Assembly (NCBI RefSeq): GCF_030384885.1
Contig: NZ_CP128613.1
Length of the DNA stretch: 64,000 nt
Origin: Escherichia coli
GTDB lineage: Bacteria; Pseudomonadota; Gammaproteobacteria; Enterobacterales; Enterobacteriaceae
Reading direction: 5' to 3' (one strand)
The translations under genes and the position numbers were made by a program. Below the pieces are notes generated by a model. It did no database searches, had not been told where the DNA came from, and saw only the letters and a program-made list of their open reading frames with translations. Of this stretch, positions 24,809-36,522 are shown piece by piece. How positions within the stretch are numbered: position 1 is the stretch's first letter; every line of letters begins with the position of its first letter.

Positions 24809-27085
24809 TTAATGCGCTGCTTCCGCCTTGTGCTTTTGTGCACTCTGAAATCCGTAAGTCAGCTCATTTTTCTCTTTATCCAGCGCAACCGTCACCTGAC
24901 CGCCGTCCACCAGCGAACCAAACAACAGTTCGTTGGCGAGCGGTTTTTTCAGGTTGTCCTGGATGACACGCGCCATCGGACGTGCGCCCATCGCCCGGTC
25001 GTAACCTTTCTCGGCCAGCCAGTTACGCGCTTCCTGACTCACTTCCAGGGAAACACCTTTCTGATCCAGCTGAACCTGCAACTCGACGATGAACTTATCC
25101 ACCACCTGATGGATCACGTCGGTTGACAGATGATCGAACCAGATAATGTTGTCGAGACGGTTACGGAATTCCGGTGTAAAGATCTTCTTGATCTCTTCCA
25201 TCGCATCGGTGCTGTTATCCTGGTGGATAAGACCAATGGATTTACGCTCAGTTTCCCGTACCCCGGCATTAGTGGTCATCACCAGCACCACGTTACGGAA
25301 GTCCGCTTTGCGTCCGTTGTTATCGGTCAGCGTACCGTTGTCCATCACCTGCAACAGAATATTGAACACGTCCGGGTGCGCTTTCTCGATTTCGTCCAGC
25401 AGCAGCACCGCATGAGGATGCTTGATGACCGCATCAGTCAGCAAACCGCCCTGATCAAAACCAACGTATCCCGGAGGCGCACCAATCAGACGGCTGACGG
25501 TATGGCGTTCCATATACTCGGACATATCAAAGCGCAGAAGCTCAATGCCCAAAGCTTTCGAAAGCTGTACCGTCACCTCTGTTTTCCCGACCCCGGTAGG
25601 GCCGGCAAACAGGAACGAACCGACTGGTTTATGTTCGTGACCTAAACCTGCACGCGCCATCTTAATGGCTTCAGTCAGCGCCTCAATGGCTTTATCCTGA
25701 CCGAAGACCAGCATTTTCAGGCGATCGCTGAGGTTTTTCAGGGTATCGCGGTCACTCTGAGAAACACTCTTCTCTGGAATGCGCGCAATACGGGCCACCA
25801 CGGACTCAATATCCGCCACATTAACGGTTTTCTTGCGTTTGCTTACCGGCATCAGGCGTGCGCGAGCGCCCGCTTCGTCGATAACGTCAATGGCTTTATC
25901 CGGCAGATGACGATCGTTAATGTATTTCACCGCCAGCTCTACCGCTGCACGCACCGCTTTTGCGGTATAACGCACGTCATGGTGCGCTTCGTACTTCGGT
26001 TTCAGGCCGTTGATGATCTGTACGGTTTCTTCAATCGACGGTTCAGTAATATCAATTTTCTGGAAGCGACGCGCCAAAGCACGGTCTTTCTCGAAAATGT
26101 TGCTGAACTCCTGATAGGTTGTCGAACCAATTACGCGAATTTTACCGCTTGAGAGCAACGGTTTGATCAGGTTAGCCGCATCAACCTGACCACCAGAGGC
26201 TGCCCCCGCACCGATAATGGTGTGGATCTCATCAATAAACAGGATGCTGTTAGTGTCCTGCTCCAGCTGCTTGAGCAACGCTTTAAAACGTTTTTCAAAG
26301 TCGCCGCGATATTTTGTGCCCGCTAACAGAGAACCGATATCGAGAGAGTAAATCGTACAGTCAGCCATCACTTCCGGCACATCGCCCTGAACAATTCGCC
26401 AGGCAAGACCTTCCGCAATCGCGGTTTTGCCGACACCGGATTCCCCCACCAGCAGCGGGTTGTTTTTACGGCGACGGCAGAGAACCTGAATAGCACGCTC
26501 CAGCTCCTTCTCACGACCAATCAGTGGGTCGATTCCGCCCACACGCGCAAGCTGATTCAGGTTCGTCGTGAAATTCTCCATACGTTCCTCCCCACCAGCT
26601 TGTTCTTCGCTGTTTGGCTGGCTGCCAGGATCAGAAGACTGTGTCGGCTCGTCTTTACGCGTGCCATGAGAGATAAAGTTCACCACATCGAGACGGCTGA
26701 CTTCATGTTTGCGCAACAGATATGCCGCCTGCGACTCCTGTTCGCTAAAGATAGCGACCAGAACGTTTGCACCGGTAACCTCATTGCGACCGGAGGACTG
26801 GACATGGAAGACCGCACGTTGCAGTACACGCTGAAAACTCAGCGTTGGCTGTGTGTCGCGCTCCTCTTCACTGGCAGGCAGAACGGGTGTGGTTTGTTCA
26901 ATAAAGGCTTCCAGTTCCTGACGGAGCGCAACCAAATCCACGGAACACGCTTCCAGCGCCTCCCGGGCAGATGGGTTACTGAGCAGCGCCAGTAACAAGT
27001 GCTCGACGGTCATAAACTCATGACGGTGCTCGCGCGCTCTGGCGAAAGCCATATTTAAACTGAGTTCCAGTTCTTGATTGAGCAT
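24809..27085 (-). CDS. clpA: ATP-dependent Clp protease ATP-binding subunit ClpA
   Basis: ORF track 24809..27100; start set to ATG 27085 ([14 protein letters not shown]...), 758 aa; two AAA+ modules. Confidence 0.95.
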   Translation of the reverse strand: MLNQELELSLNMAFARAREHRHEFMTVEHLLLALLSNPSAREALEACSVDLVALRQELEAFIEQTTPVLPASEEERDTQPTLSFQRVLQRAVFHVQSSGRNEVTGANVLVAIFSEQESQAAYLLRKHEVSRLDVVNFISHGTRKDEPTQSSDPGSQPNSEEQAGGEERMENFTTNLNQLARVGGIDPLIGREKELERAIQVLCRRRKNNPLLVGESGVGKTAIAEGLAWRIVQGDVPEVMADCTIYSLDIGSLLAGTKYRGDFEKRFKALLKQLEQDTNSILFIDEIHTIIGAGAASGGQVDAANLIKPLLSSGKIRVIGSTTYQEFSNIFEKDRALARRFQKIDITEPSIEETVQIINGLKPKYEAHHDVRYTAKAVRAAVELAVKYINDRHLPDKAIDVIDEAGARARLMPVSKRKKTVNVADIESVVARIARIPEKSVSQSDRDTLKNLSDRLKMLVFGQDKAIEALTEAIKMARAGLGHEHKPVGSFLFAGPTGVGKTEVTVQLSKALGIELLRFDMSEYMERHTVSRLIGAPPGYVGFDQGGLLTDAVIKHPHAVLLLDEIEKAHPDVFNILLQVMDNGTLTDNNGRKADFRNVVLVMTTNAGVRETERKSIGLIHQDNSTDAMEEIKKIFTPEFRNRLDNIIWFDHLSTDVIHQVVDKFIVELQVQLDQKGVSLEVSQEARNWLAEKGYDRAMGARPMARVIQDNLKKPLANELLFGSLVDGGQVTVALDKEKNELTYGFQSAQKHKAEAAH

Positions 27086-27115
27086 AGGCACCTCCCCCAA
27101 TTTTTATGCCTGCAT

Positions 27116-27436
27116 TCAGGCTTTTTCTAGCGTACACAGCAATGGATGCTCATTCTCCCTCGCGTACTTGTTCACCATCGCCACTTTGGTTTCTGCAACC
27201 TCGGCGGTAAAGACTCCGCAAATGGCCTTCCCCTGGTAGTGAACAGCGAGCATCAATTGCGTTGCACGTTCTACATCATAAGAAAAGAATTTTTGTAACA
27301 CGTCAATAACAAACTCCATCGGAGTGTAATCATCATTGACTAATATCACTTTATACATAGATGGCGGTTTTAGCGCGTCGCGAACTTTTTCTTCCGCCAG
27401 TTGATCAAAGTCCAGCCAGTCGTTCGTTTTACCCAT
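27116..27436 (-). CDS. clpS: ClpA adaptor protein ClpS
   Basis: ORF track 106 aa; directly upstream of clpA. Confidence 0.95.
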
Positions 27437-27758
27437 TGTCAGTTATCATCTTCGGTTACGGTTATCGGCAGAACGCCCTGCCGCTGACAAGAGCTTATTT
27501 GCCTGACCAATCTACTCCACATGATAGATAACTATCATCTATCGTTGGCATCAGCGACATCTGTCACATTCCTGTCAATAGCGTTAACTGCTTCAAATTT
27601 TTGATTCATACCTGCCCCCTGGCCCCTGTCAAATGCTTGACGGCTCGCCCTAATTCTCTAAATTGTATTTCTAGAGTTGGCGAGGTTTTGAACAGCCCCC
27701 TCTCTGACCCCGGTTTATTCCATCTTACTTGTATAAGATTTGCGAAGGATGTCGAAGC

Positions 27759-27983
27759 ATGGAAAAGGGTACTGTTAAGTGGTTCAACAATGCCAAAGGG
27801 TTTGGTTTCATCTGCCCTGAAGGCGGCGGCGAAGATATTTTCGCTCATTATTCCACCATTCAGATGGATGGTTACAGAACGCTAAAAGCTGGACAATCCG
27901 TTCAGTTTGATGTCCACCAGGGGCCAAAAGGCAATCACGCCAGTGTTATTGTGCCCGTCGAAGTAGAAGCGGCAGTCGCATAG
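27759..27983 (+). CDS. cspD: Cold-shock-domain protein CspD
   Basis: ORF track 27729..27983; start set to ATG 27759 (MEKGTVKWFNNAKGFGFI...), 74 aa. Confidence 0.93.
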   Translation: MEKGTVKWFNNAKGFGFICPEGGGEDIFAHYSTIQMDGYRTLKAGQSVQFDVHQGPKGNHASVIVPVEVEAAVA

Positions 27984-28016
27984 CTCTTCTGTCTCATTGT
28001 GTACATCCTACAGGCA

Positions 28017-28046
28017 AAATGCCAGCCCGATCGGCTGGCATTTTTA
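28017..28046. terminator. Bidirectional terminator between cspD and macB
   Basis: AAAATGCCAGCC-cgatc-GGCTGGCATTTTT palindrome. Coordinates approximate. Confidence 0.65.
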
Positions 28047-28055
28047 TCTCAAAAA

Positions 28056-30002
28056 TTACTCTCGTGCCAAAGCATCTACTGGATCCAGTCGTGCCGCATT
28101 TCGTGCGGGTAACCAGCCAAATAAAATCCCGGTGACCGTCGAGCAGAGAAACGCCAGCAGCAGCGCCAACGGTGAAAAACCGATCTCCCAACCGGGTAAG
28201 AAAAGCTGCAAGGTGAAAGCAATTAACAGTGACAGTGTTATTCCCAACGCACCGCCGACCAGACAAACCAGCACGGCTTCGATCAGAAACTGTTGCAAAA
28301 CATCGCTTGCTCGCGCACCTACAGCCATGCGAATGCCAATTTCCCGCGTCCGCTCGGTCACTGACACCAGCATAATATTCATTACACCAATACCGCCCAC
28401 CACCAGCGAAATCACCGCCACCAGCGTCAGAAACAGTTGTAAAGTACGTGTGGTCTTTTCAACGGTTTTCAAGACGCCGTCCATGTTCCAGGTAAAGAAA
28501 TCCTTCTTACCGTGGCGCAGTGAAAGTAAACGCGTGAGTTGCTGTTCCGCCTCAGCGCTGTCAAATCCTTCTTTCACCCTGACAGTAATGGAGTTCAGCC
28601 ACGACTGGCCCATAACTCGCCCGGACATCGTGCTGTAAGGTAGCCAGACACGCAGCACTTTACTGCTACCAAACATCGACTGTTTTTCTTCCGCCACACC
28701 AATGACTCTGGCGGGCATATTGCCGACCAGAATCACCTCGCCAACCACATCTGCTTTATGGGGGAAAAGCTGGCGGCGAGTATTACTGTCGAGAACCACC
28801 ACCTGCGCACGACCGTTCAGCTGCTCCTGATTAAAGGTGTTCCCTTCACTGAAGGTCATGCCATAGACATTAAAATAATCGCCGCTCACGCCATTGGCAC
28901 TGGCAGCCACATCGACATTGTTATAACGCAGGCGCAGATTTTGCGAGACGGCAGGTGTGGCTGAGGCGACCCACGGTTGTTTTTGGATGGCGATTAAGTC
29001 GTCGTACTTCAGCGCCTGCTGATATTGCGGATCGTCATCGCCAAAATCTTTCCCGGGATAGACATCAATAGTATTCGTACCAATAGAACGAATATCCGCC
29101 AGCACCATTTGTTTGGCGGCGTCGCCGACCACGACAATGGAAACCACCGACGCAATACCGATAATAATCCCCAGCATGGTCAGTAAAGTACGCATTTTAT
29201 TCGCTGCCAGCGCCCGCCACGCCATCGTCAGCGCCTCGTTAAAACCGCTGACAAACTGCCGCCAGCCAGACGCCGTATTGATAACAGGCTCCGTCCCGCC
29301 AGCAACATTCACTTTTTCAATGGCGGGAGGATTGCGCACAATTTCGCCGTCGCGAATTTCGATCACCCGCTCGGCCTGAGCAGCGACCTGCGGATCGTGG
29401 GTAACGATAATCACCGTATGCCCGCGATCGCGCAGCTGATGCAGGATCGCCATCACCTCTTCGCCAGAATGACTGTCCAGTGCGCCGGTTGGTTCATCGG
29501 CAAGAATTACCTGACCGCCGTTCATCAATGCCCGCGCGATGCTGACGCGCTGTTGCTGACCACCCGAAAGCTGTGCCGGGTAATACTCTGTACGGTCTTC
29601 CAGCCCCAGTCGTTGCAGTAACTCCTGGGCGCGAAGCAACCGCTGTTTCCGCTCAAGACCGGCATAGACGGCGGGTACTTCAACGTTCTGCTCGGCGGTT
29701 AAATGTGAAAGCAAATGGTAACGCTGGAAAATAAAGCCGAAGTGTTCGCGACGCAGTTGCGCCAGCGCATCGGCGTCCAGCATGGCAACATCCTGACCGG
29801 CGACGCGATAGGTGCCGCTGGTGGCCTTATCCAGGCAGCCGAGAATATTCATCAGGGTCGATTTACCGGAACCCGAAGCGCCGACAATCGCCACCATCTC
29901 ACCAGCATAAATATCGAGGGTGATGCCCTTCAGCACCTCAACCTGCTCATCACCGGCAGGATAGCTGCGACGAATATCCTTTAATTCGAGCAAGGGCGTC
30001 AT
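28056..30002 (-). CDS. macB: Macrolide export ABC transporter ATP-binding/permease
   Basis: ORF track 648 aa; N-terminal NBD (GASGSGKST) plus C-terminal FtsX-like permease. Confidence 0.95.
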   Translation of the reverse strand: MTPLLELKDIRRSYPAGDEQVEVLKGITLDIYAGEMVAIVGASGSGKSTLMNILGCLDKATSGTYRVAGQDVAMLDADALAQLRREHFGFIFQRYHLLSHLTAEQNVEVPAVYAGLERKQRLLRAQELLQRLGLEDRTEYYPAQLSGGQQQRVSIARALMNGGQVILADEPTGALDSHSGEEVMAILHQLRDRGHTVIIVTHDPQVAAQAERVIEIRDGEIVRNPPAIEKVNVAGGTEPVINTASGWRQFVSGFNEALTMAWRALAANKMRTLLTMLGIIIGIASVVSIVVVGDAAKQMVLADIRSIGTNTIDVYPGKDFGDDDPQYQQALKYDDLIAIQKQPWVASATPAVSQNLRLRYNNVDVAASANGVSGDYFNVYGMTFSEGNTFNQEQLNGRAQVVVLDSNTRRQLFPHKADVVGEVILVGNMPARVIGVAEEKQSMFGSSKVLRVWLPYSTMSGRVMGQSWLNSITVRVKEGFDSAEAEQQLTRLLSLRHGKKDFFTWNMDGVLKTVEKTTRTLQLFLTLVAVISLVVGGIGVMNIMLVSVTERTREIGIRMAVGARASDVLQQFLIEAVLVCLVGGALGITLSLLIAFTLQLFLPGWEIGFSPLALLLAFLCSTVTGILFGWLPARNAARLDPVDALARE

Positions 30003-31114
30003 TGTGCAGCTCCTGGTTTGGCCTCACCAATCACCACTTCATCGCCCGCTTCCAGCCCTTTGACAATCTCAACATCGGTATCGTTACGTGCGCCAATCGT
30101 CACTTCACGCTCGCGTGTTTCACCATTACGCAACAATTTGACTTTATAACGATTATCGCCAACCGGATCGCCTAACGCCGACAGAGGGATCGTCAGCACA
30201 TTTTTCACATCGGTGAGCTGAATATGCACTTGCGCGGTCATATCCAGCCGCAGCAAACCATTGGGGTTGGGTACTTCAAAACGGGCGTAATAGAAAATAG
30301 CGTCGTTAACCTTTTCCGGCGTCGGTAGCACATCCTTGATTTGCCCCTCATAGCGCGTCAGCGGATCGCCAAGCACCGTAAACCAGGCTTTTTGCCCCGG
30401 CTTCAGGTGGATTACATCCGCTTCAGAAACCTGCGCTTTTACCAGCATGGTGCTCATATCTGCCAGCGTCAGAATGTTCGGTGCTTGTTGTGCGGCAATC
30501 ACCGTCTGGCCTTGCAGAGTGGTGATTTGCGTGACTTCCCCGGCCATCGGGGCAACGATGCGGGTGTAATCGAGATTGGTTTTAGCCGTATCGAGTGAGG
30601 CCTGATTGCGCTTGATTTGCGCGTCAATGGTGCCAATTTGCGCCTGTTTCACAGCCATCTCCGTCGCGGCAGTATCGAGATCCTGCTGTGAAACCGCCTG
30701 CGTTTGTGCAAGACGTTGCTGACGGGAATACGTCACCCGCGCCAGTTTCAGCTCCGCTTCCGCCTGCTGCCGCTGCGCGCGTAGCTCCATCAGCGTTGCT
30801 TCCACCTCCTTGATCTGGTTTTCAGCTTGTTCAGGATCAATAACCCCTAAAAGCTGGTCTTTTTTTACTTTATCGCCAATCGCCACCGACAGCGTTTTCA
30901 ACTGACCGCTGACCTGTGCACCCACGTCAACCTTACGCAGCGCGTCCAGCTTTCCGGTCGCCAGCACGCTTTGCTGTAAATCACCGGGGCGCACAATCAG
31001 CGTCTGATAAGTCGGCACGGGTGCGTTAAGAATTCTCCATAACGCAATCAGTCCGGCAATGATTATCACCAGCGCAATAACGTAACGCTTCTTCACGGTT
31101 TTCCGCTTTTTCAT
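29999..31114 (-). CDS. macA: Macrolide export periplasmic adaptor (membrane fusion protein)
   Basis: ORF track 29999..31141; start set to ATG 31114 ([15 protein letters not shown]...), 371 aa; 4-bp overlap with macB. Confidence 0.93.
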   Translation of the reverse strand: MKKRKTVKKRYVIALVIIIAGLIALWRILNAPVPTYQTLIVRPGDLQQSVLATGKLDALRKVDVGAQVSGQLKTLSVAIGDKVKKDQLLGVIDPEQAENQIKEVEATLMELRAQRQQAEAELKLARVTYSRQQRLAQTQAVSQQDLDTAATEMAVKQAQIGTIDAQIKRNQASLDTAKTNLDYTRIVAPMAGEVTQITTLQGQTVIAAQQAPNILTLADMSTMLVKAQVSEADVIHLKPGQKAWFTVLGDPLTRYEGQIKDVLPTPEKVNDAIFYYARFEVPNPNGLLRLDMTAQVHIQLTDVKNVLTIPLSALGDPVGDNRYKVKLLRNGETREREVTIGARNDTDVEIVKGLEAGDEVVIGEAKPGAAQ

Positions 31115-31228
31115 AAATATTCTGAATACTCCATATGCCAATCCGGGTCATTAACTTCAACGAAATATCAACAAAACCCTAAAATTTACGTTAGTAATCA
31201 CACTATTGATGTTTGGTTAAGATACGCC

Positions 31229-32221
31229 ATGGTGAAATCGACGTTATGTATAACCATTGATTTCATGAATATGTCGCAGCTAACTGAACGGACCTTTACG
31301 CCATCTGACTCTCTCAGCAGCCTGTCACTTTTTCTTAGTCTGGCACGTGGACAGTGTCGGCCGGGTAAATTTTGGCATCGCCGTAGTTTTCGCCAGAAAT
31401 TTTTGCTGCGCTCGTTGATTATGCCGCGTTTAAGCGTTGAGTGGATGAACGAACTTTCCCACTGGCCGAATCTCCATGTGTTGTTAACGCGCCAGCCGCG
31501 ACTGCCTGTGCGTCTGCATCGCCCTTACCTTGCGGCGAATCTTAGCCGCAAGCAATTGCTGGAGGCGTTACGTTACCATTATGCATTGCTTCGTGCCTGC
31601 ATGTCGGCAGAAGAATTCAGCTTATATTTGAATACTCCCGGGCTGCAACTGGCGAAGCTGGAAGGCAAAAACGGCGAGCAGTTCACACTTGAGCTGACCA
31701 TGATGATCTCAATGGATAAAGAAGGTGACAGCACAATCCTGTTCCGCAACAGCGAAGGTATTCCTCTGGCAGAGATCACCTTTACTCTGTGTGAATACCA
31801 GGGGAAAAGAACAATGTTTATTGGCGGGCTGCAAGGTGCGAAATGGGAAATTCCACATCAGGAAATCCAGAATGCGACGAAAGCCTGCCACGGGCTATTT
31901 CCCAAACGCCTTGTGATGGAAGCGGCCTGTCTGTTTGCCCAACGTTTGCAGGTAGAGCAGATCATTGCCGTCAGCAATGAAACACATATTTACCGCAGCC
32001 TGCGTTATCGCGATAAAGAAGGCAAAATCCATGCTGATTACAACGCGTTCTGGGAGTCGGTTGGCGGCGTATGTGATGCTGAACGCCATTACCGCCTTCC
32101 GGCACAGATAGCACGAAAAGAGATTGCCGAAATCGCCAGTAAAAAACGGGCTGAATATCGTCGGCGCTATGAGATGCTCGACGCTATTCAGCCACAAATG
32201 GCCACGATGTTTCGCGGTTAA
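31229..32221 (+). CDS. ybjX: VirK/DUF535-family protein
   Basis: ORF track 330 aa; start uncertain (alternative ATG at 31271, MNMSQLTERTF). Confidence 0.85.
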   Translation: MVKSTLCITIDFMNMSQLTERTFTPSDSLSSLSLFLSLARGQCRPGKFWHRRSFRQKFLLRSLIMPRLSVEWMNELSHWPNLHVLLTRQPRLPVRLHRPYLAANLSRKQLLEALRYHYALLRACMSAEEFSLYLNTPGLQLAKLEGKNGEQFTLELTMMISMDKEGDSTILFRNSEGIPLAEITFTLCEYQGKRTMFIGGLQGAKWEIPHQEIQNATKACHGLFPKRLVMEAACLFAQRLQVEQIIAVSNETHIYRSLRYRDKEGKIHADYNAFWESVGGVCDAERHYRLPAQIARKEIAEIASKKRAEYRRRYEMLDAIQPQMATMFRG

Positions 32222-33876
32222 TCCGCGCGACCGCGCGCCAGCCACAGCACGCGTGAGAACATTTTTTTCAGCAGCGTCGGTACGGAATCCACACCACGAC
32301 GGCCGGCCTCCATTGCCACTTCAATGGCAAGATCGGGTTTGGAAGAGCGATGGATCGCTTTCGAGATAATTTTGCGCAAATTCATCGGCACATTTTCCGG
32401 GATCTGCGCCACGCGGTGGAACACATCAGAAAATCCCTGGCGATACATAAAATGTTCCATATCCAGCGCCGGTAACGCCGTTAAATGTTCTCGTTCGGCT
32501 TCCCGATCGTTATTCAACAGGCTGCGTACCGTAGCGGCATACTTCTTCCCGGCTTCATCGCCATCGACCAGCACATGCCATTCAATCCCCATTCGACGGG
32601 CGAATTTAACCAGTGGCTTTAGCCCGGACTGGGCAAACTCAATGACCTTGATCCCTTCGGCATCAAAATGATGTCCACACTGACGCGCCAGTTCATTGAT
32701 AACCCAGGTTTCCGTTTCGCCTTCCACCAGCAGCCAGCAGCGAGCAAACAGCGATGACGGACGGTTAAAACGAATGTGGAAAGAGATACGTCGGCTGTCT
32801 TCGGTACTCAAGCCACTCGGACCCAGACGCCAGGCTGCAACGCGAGAGGACTCACGTACCAGACGGCAAACATGCTCTACCGGCGTTAACGAAAGCAACT
32901 CACCCGAGTTGGTGGTGGCAATGCGCTGCAATGGCAGAAGATTCAACAGATGCCAGGCAACTGAAAGCATAATGGGGTGTAAACGGGTTTCTGGATCTTC
33001 GATCAGCAACAATGGACGGGCGTCTTTATCCAGTCGCAATGTGCCTTTTGCCTGCAATAAAGTAGCAAACAGGCCGAGCAAAATAACCCGATACGAGCGC
33101 CCTCCAGGCCGGTCAATCATCCGGTTGATGATATCCAGATAGCGCCAGCTTCGTTGCTCATTACTGGCTCGCCGCCGCATTAAACGATATCGCGCCTGTC
33201 CGGCCCCCTGCTCAGAGAAATAATGCTCAAGCAGCTGCACCATTGCGGAAAGTCCCTGACGAATCTGTCCATCAGAGAGATTTTGCGGATGTGAGGATAA
33301 TTCACGGGCGAGGAAATCGAGCTGGCGCGCGGTGACTTCCACATTAGGGACATTTGGCACCGTGCCGTTACGAATACGGCGCATAAAACGGGCATCACGC
33401 AAGCGCAACACCGGCATTAAACGCACCAGATGGCGTGCCTGATCGTTAATATCCTCGACATCAATCGGATGTCCGTCTTTATCGAGAAAACTGCGGAGTG
33501 TCATCACACTGCCATCTTCCGCACTCTCCCCTTCCAGGCGATAAAAAATTCGATGATAACCATCGGTGCATGGCGTCCAGCATGCTTCCAACGGTCGATA
33601 GCGGCGTACCCGATGACGGCCTGGCAGCGATTCGCGGAAGGTCAAAATAATATGCAGATGATGTTCCCGCCCGTTGATATCTCCCGGCGGAAACCAGAAA
33701 TCGTCGCGCTCAAAATGGTAGAGATCTGATTCTGGCGATAGCAGCAGGGTTAAGGCGTCCAGCAAGCTGGATTTACCCCACGCGTTCTCCCCAATCAGGA
33801 CGTTGTTTTGTTCCAGCATCAACGATAAACGGTTGATACCGCGAAAACCCACAATTTCAACGCGCTCAAGAATCAT
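32218..33876 (-). CDS. ybjD: OLD-family ATP-dependent endonuclease (AAA ATPase plus TOPRIM)
   Basis: ORF track 552 aa; N-terminal P-loop-like GENAWGKSSLLDAL; matches K-12 YbjD. Confidence 0.9.
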   Translation of the reverse strand: MILERVEIVGFRGINRLSLMLEQNNVLIGENAWGKSSLLDALTLLLSPESDLYHFERDDFWFPPGDINGREHHLHIILTFRESLPGRHRVRRYRPLEACWTPCTDGYHRIFYRLEGESAEDGSVMTLRSFLDKDGHPIDVEDINDQARHLVRLMPVLRLRDARFMRRIRNGTVPNVPNVEVTARQLDFLARELSSHPQNLSDGQIRQGLSAMVQLLEHYFSEQGAGQARYRLMRRRASNEQRSWRYLDIINRMIDRPGGRSYRVILLGLFATLLQAKGTLRLDKDARPLLLIEDPETRLHPIMLSVAWHLLNLLPLQRIATTNSGELLSLTPVEHVCRLVRESSRVAAWRLGPSGLSTEDSRRISFHIRFNRPSSLFARCWLLVEGETETWVINELARQCGHHFDAEGIKVIEFAQSGLKPLVKFARRMGIEWHVLVDGDEAGKKYAATVRSLLNNDREAEREHLTALPALDMEHFMYRQGFSDVFHRVAQIPENVPMNLRKIISKAIHRSSKPDLAIEVAMEAGRRGVDSVPTLLKKMFSRVLWLARGRAD

Positions 33877-34301
33877 ATCCCCTCCAGAAATATGTGACTT
33901 ATCCTTTACGCTGGCAGTATAACGGGAAAGGCCTTGCTAATACGTGATGACATCACATTTAAGCATGGCAAATGTCTGAAAAATGAGCGAATAATCGCGT
34001 TATACTCCCTCTTGCTGATAAGTCTGCAAAAACAACAAAATCAAATAATTAGCATGATAAATTATTTTTTATTACGCCTAAAGGATTAAATCTTTTGCTT
34101 GCACTACACTGTCAATCAGACAAATGACTATATGGGGCAACCCGCTGTTGCCCTAAATCAAATTTACTGGATTTATTTATCTGGTGAATGACTCGCCTTC
34201 GTTTTTAAAATAGCCGCGCATTATTTCCGTCGTCACTTTTTTACGACGACCCTATAAAACGACCATATTTTTCACAGGGTCAATTTTTAATTGAGGTGGA
34301 T

Positions 34302-34997
34302 ATGTTCAGAAAATTAGCAGCTGAATGTTTTGGTACTTTCTGGCTTGTTTTTGGTGGCTGTGGTAGTGCCGTACTGGCCGCAGGCTTCCCGGAATTAGGT
34401 ATTGGTTTTACCGGCGTGGCGCTGGCATTCGGTTTAACCGTTCTGACGATGGCCTTCGCTGTTGGTCATATTTCTGGTGGTCATTTTAACCCGGCGGTCA
34501 CTATTGGCTTATGGGCTGGCGGACGTTTTCCGGCAAAAGAAGTCGTTGGCTACGTAATTGCCCAGGTTGTCGGCGGTATTGTTGCAGCGGCGCTGCTGTA
34601 TTTAATTGCCAGTGGTAAAACGGGATTTGACGCGGTAGCCAGCGGTTTTGCTTCTAACGGTTATGGCGAGCATTCACCAGGCGGTTATTCCATGCTTTCC
34701 GCGCTGGTAGTTGAACTGGTATTGAGTGCAGGTTTCTTGCTGGTGATCCACGGCGCAACCGACAAATTCGCTCCGGCGGGTTTTGCACCAATTGCCATTG
34801 GTCTGGCATTAACGCTGATTCACTTAATCAGTATTCCGGTGACTAACACTTCCGTTAACCCGGCGCGCAGTACTGCGGTTGCCATCTTCCAGGGCGGCTG
34901 GGCGTTAGAACAACTGTGGTTCTTCTGGGTGGTGCCAATTGTCGGCGGCATTATCGGTGGTCTGATTTACCGGACTCTGCTGGAAAAACGTAATTAA
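34302..34997 (+). CDS. aqpZ: Aquaporin Z
   Basis: ORF track 34296..34997 (GTG); start set to ATG 34302 with GAGGTGG upstream; two NPA motifs; 231 aa. Confidence 0.95.
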   Translation: MFRKLAAECFGTFWLVFGGCGSAVLAAGFPELGIGFTGVALAFGLTVLTMAFAVGHISGGHFNPAVTIGLWAGGRFPAKEVVGYVIAQVVGGIVAAALLYLIASGKTGFDAVASGFASNGYGEHSPGGYSMLSALVVELVLSAGFLLVIHGATDKFAPAGFAPIAIGLALTLIHLISIPVTNTSVNPARSTAVAIFQGGWALEQLWFFWVVPIVGGIIGGLIYRTLLEKRN

Positions 34998-35007
34998 TTA
35001 ACGCAGA

Positions 35008-35036
35008 AGGCCTGGCGCAATGTCAGGCCTTTTTTA
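35008..35036 (+). terminator. aqpZ rho-independent terminator
   Basis: AGGCCTG-gcgcaatgt-CAGGCCT followed by a T-run. Coordinates approximate. Confidence 0.7.
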
Positions 35037-35094
35037 AATATATTGATTCATCTTCCTGTTGCGCTCCTTGATGTGTTAAGCCACATATAGTCAC

Positions 35095-35310
35095 TGGCGC
35101 AGGGAGCGCGCAGGGGGCGGCCAATCGCCGCCGCCCCCTGCACCCCCGGGCTCTGGCGAACAAAATCGCCGCTGCGCGGTGCCCTCGACTTATCCCTTGC
35201 GGCTACCGGGTCGGGCGCGAGGTAACATCCCGGTAAAACGCGCCCTCAGCCCACATCCATGTGGGCTGCCCCGGCCTTCAGGGAACACCTCGGCGATTTT
35301 GACGCCACCA
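35095..35310. other. GC-rich structured intergenic element (perfect 11-bp GC hairpin plus long-range inverted repeat)
   Basis: CAGGGGGCGGC-caatcgcc-GCCGCCCCCTG hairpin; CAAAATCGCCG pairs with CGGCGATTTTG about 120 bp away; local GC far above neighbouring intergenic DNA. Confidence 0.5.
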
Positions 35311-35479
35311 ACACCGGTGAGGTTTGTAATTAAAGCGCAAGAATATCTTTAAATGAAAATGAATACCCTACCGATCCTTATGCATAACATTTCCTTTTAA
35401 TTGCAACTTTACTCGTCCTTCTGCTTTCAGTAGTGTGTCATCGCGCATTTCGAATCTTCTTTGCAAGGACTGGGTTTTC

Positions 35480-36379
35480 ATGTTTTCTGGGCTGTTAATC
35501 ATTCTGGTTCCCCTGATTGTGGGTTACCTCATTCCGCTTCGCCAAAAAGCTGCATTAAAGGTTATTAATCAGCTATTAAGCTGGATGGTTTACCTTATTC
35601 TCTTTTTTATGGGTATCAGTCTGGCGTTTCTCGATAACCTCGCCAGTAACCTGTTGGCGATTCTGCATTATTCCGCCGTCAGTATTACCGTTATTTTACT
35701 GTGTAATATTGCCGCCCTGATGTGGCTGGAGCGAGGCCTACCGTGGCGCAACCACCATCAGCAAGAAAAACTCCCGTCGCGTATTGCGATGGCGCTGGAG
35801 TCCCTCAAGCTCTGCGGTGTGGTGGTGATTGGCTTTGCTATTGGCCTTAGCGGATTAGGTTTCTTACAACACGCTACGGAAGCCAGCGAATACACGTTAA
35901 TTCTGCTACTTTTCCTCGTCGGTATTCAGTTGCGCAATAATGGCATGACCTTAAAGCAGATTGTCCTTAATCGCCGGGGAATGATTGTCGCCGTGGTGGT
36001 GGTTGCCAGTTCATTAATTGGTGGTTTAATTAACGCCTTTATTCTTGATCTTCCCATCAATACCGCGCTGGCAATGGCCTCCGGTTTCGGCTGGTATTCT
36101 CTTTCCGGTATTTTATTGACCGAATCTTTTGGTCCGGTAATCGGGAGCGCGGCGTTTTTTAATGATTTGGCCCGTGAGCTGATTGCTATTATGTTGATCC
36201 CTGGGCTGATTCGCCGTAGCCGCTCGACTGCACTGGGCTTATGCGGTGCGACGTCGATGGATTTCACCCTGCCCGTTCTTCAACGTACTGGCGGGCTGGA
36301 TATGGTCCCGGCGGCGATTGTTCACGGTTTTATTCTTAGCCTGTTAGTGCCGATCCTCATCGCCTTTTTCTCTGCATAA
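35480..36379 (+). CDS. lysO: Lysine exporter LysO
   Basis: ORF track 35435..36379; start set to ATG 35480 (MFSGLLIILVPLIVGYL...), 299 aa. Confidence 0.9.
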   Translation: MFSGLLIILVPLIVGYLIPLRQKAALKVINQLLSWMVYLILFFMGISLAFLDNLASNLLAILHYSAVSITVILLCNIAALMWLERGLPWRNHHQQEKLPSRIAMALESLKLCGVVVIGFAIGLSGLGFLQHATEASEYTLILLLFLVGIQLRNNGMTLKQIVLNRRGMIVAVVVVASSLIGGLINAFILDLPINTALAMASGFGWYSLSGILLTESFGPVIGSAAFFNDLARELIAIMLIPGLIRRSRSTALGLCGATSMDFTLPVLQRTGGLDMVPAAIVHGFILSLLVPILIAFFSA

Positions 36380-36412
36380 TACCTCTCTGGCGGTAGATCC
36401 CTGCCGCCAAAA

Positions 36413-36506
36413 TTGCGCTAAATCAATCTCCCTTAAAGTTGCATGAAAAATCCCTTTTATCCCCGCGTTAAGCGTCTTAACCTTAAACATGTATATTAAA
36501 TATAAC
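36413..36506 (+). promoter_or_regulatory. hcp promoter region with FNR-like box and NsrR-like inverted repeat
   Basis: TTGCGctaaATCAA (FNR-like half-sites) and AACATGTATATTAAATATAAC (resembles NsrR 11-1-11 operator) upstream of hcp; motif matches imperfect. Confidence 0.4.
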
Positions 36507-36522
36507 TTTAAAAGGTGTGATC

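Noticed and set aside
31229-31270. Alternative shorter start for ybjX at ATG 31271
   Set aside because: Could not decide between the starts from sequence alone; the longer ORF-track start was kept and the uncertainty is noted in the feature.
35095-35310. Retron (msr-msd) interpretation of the GC-rich element with flanking inverted repeats
   Set aside because: No reverse-transcriptase ORF is adjacent (lysO follows) and the element is shorter than typical msr-msd; kept only as a structured-element finding.
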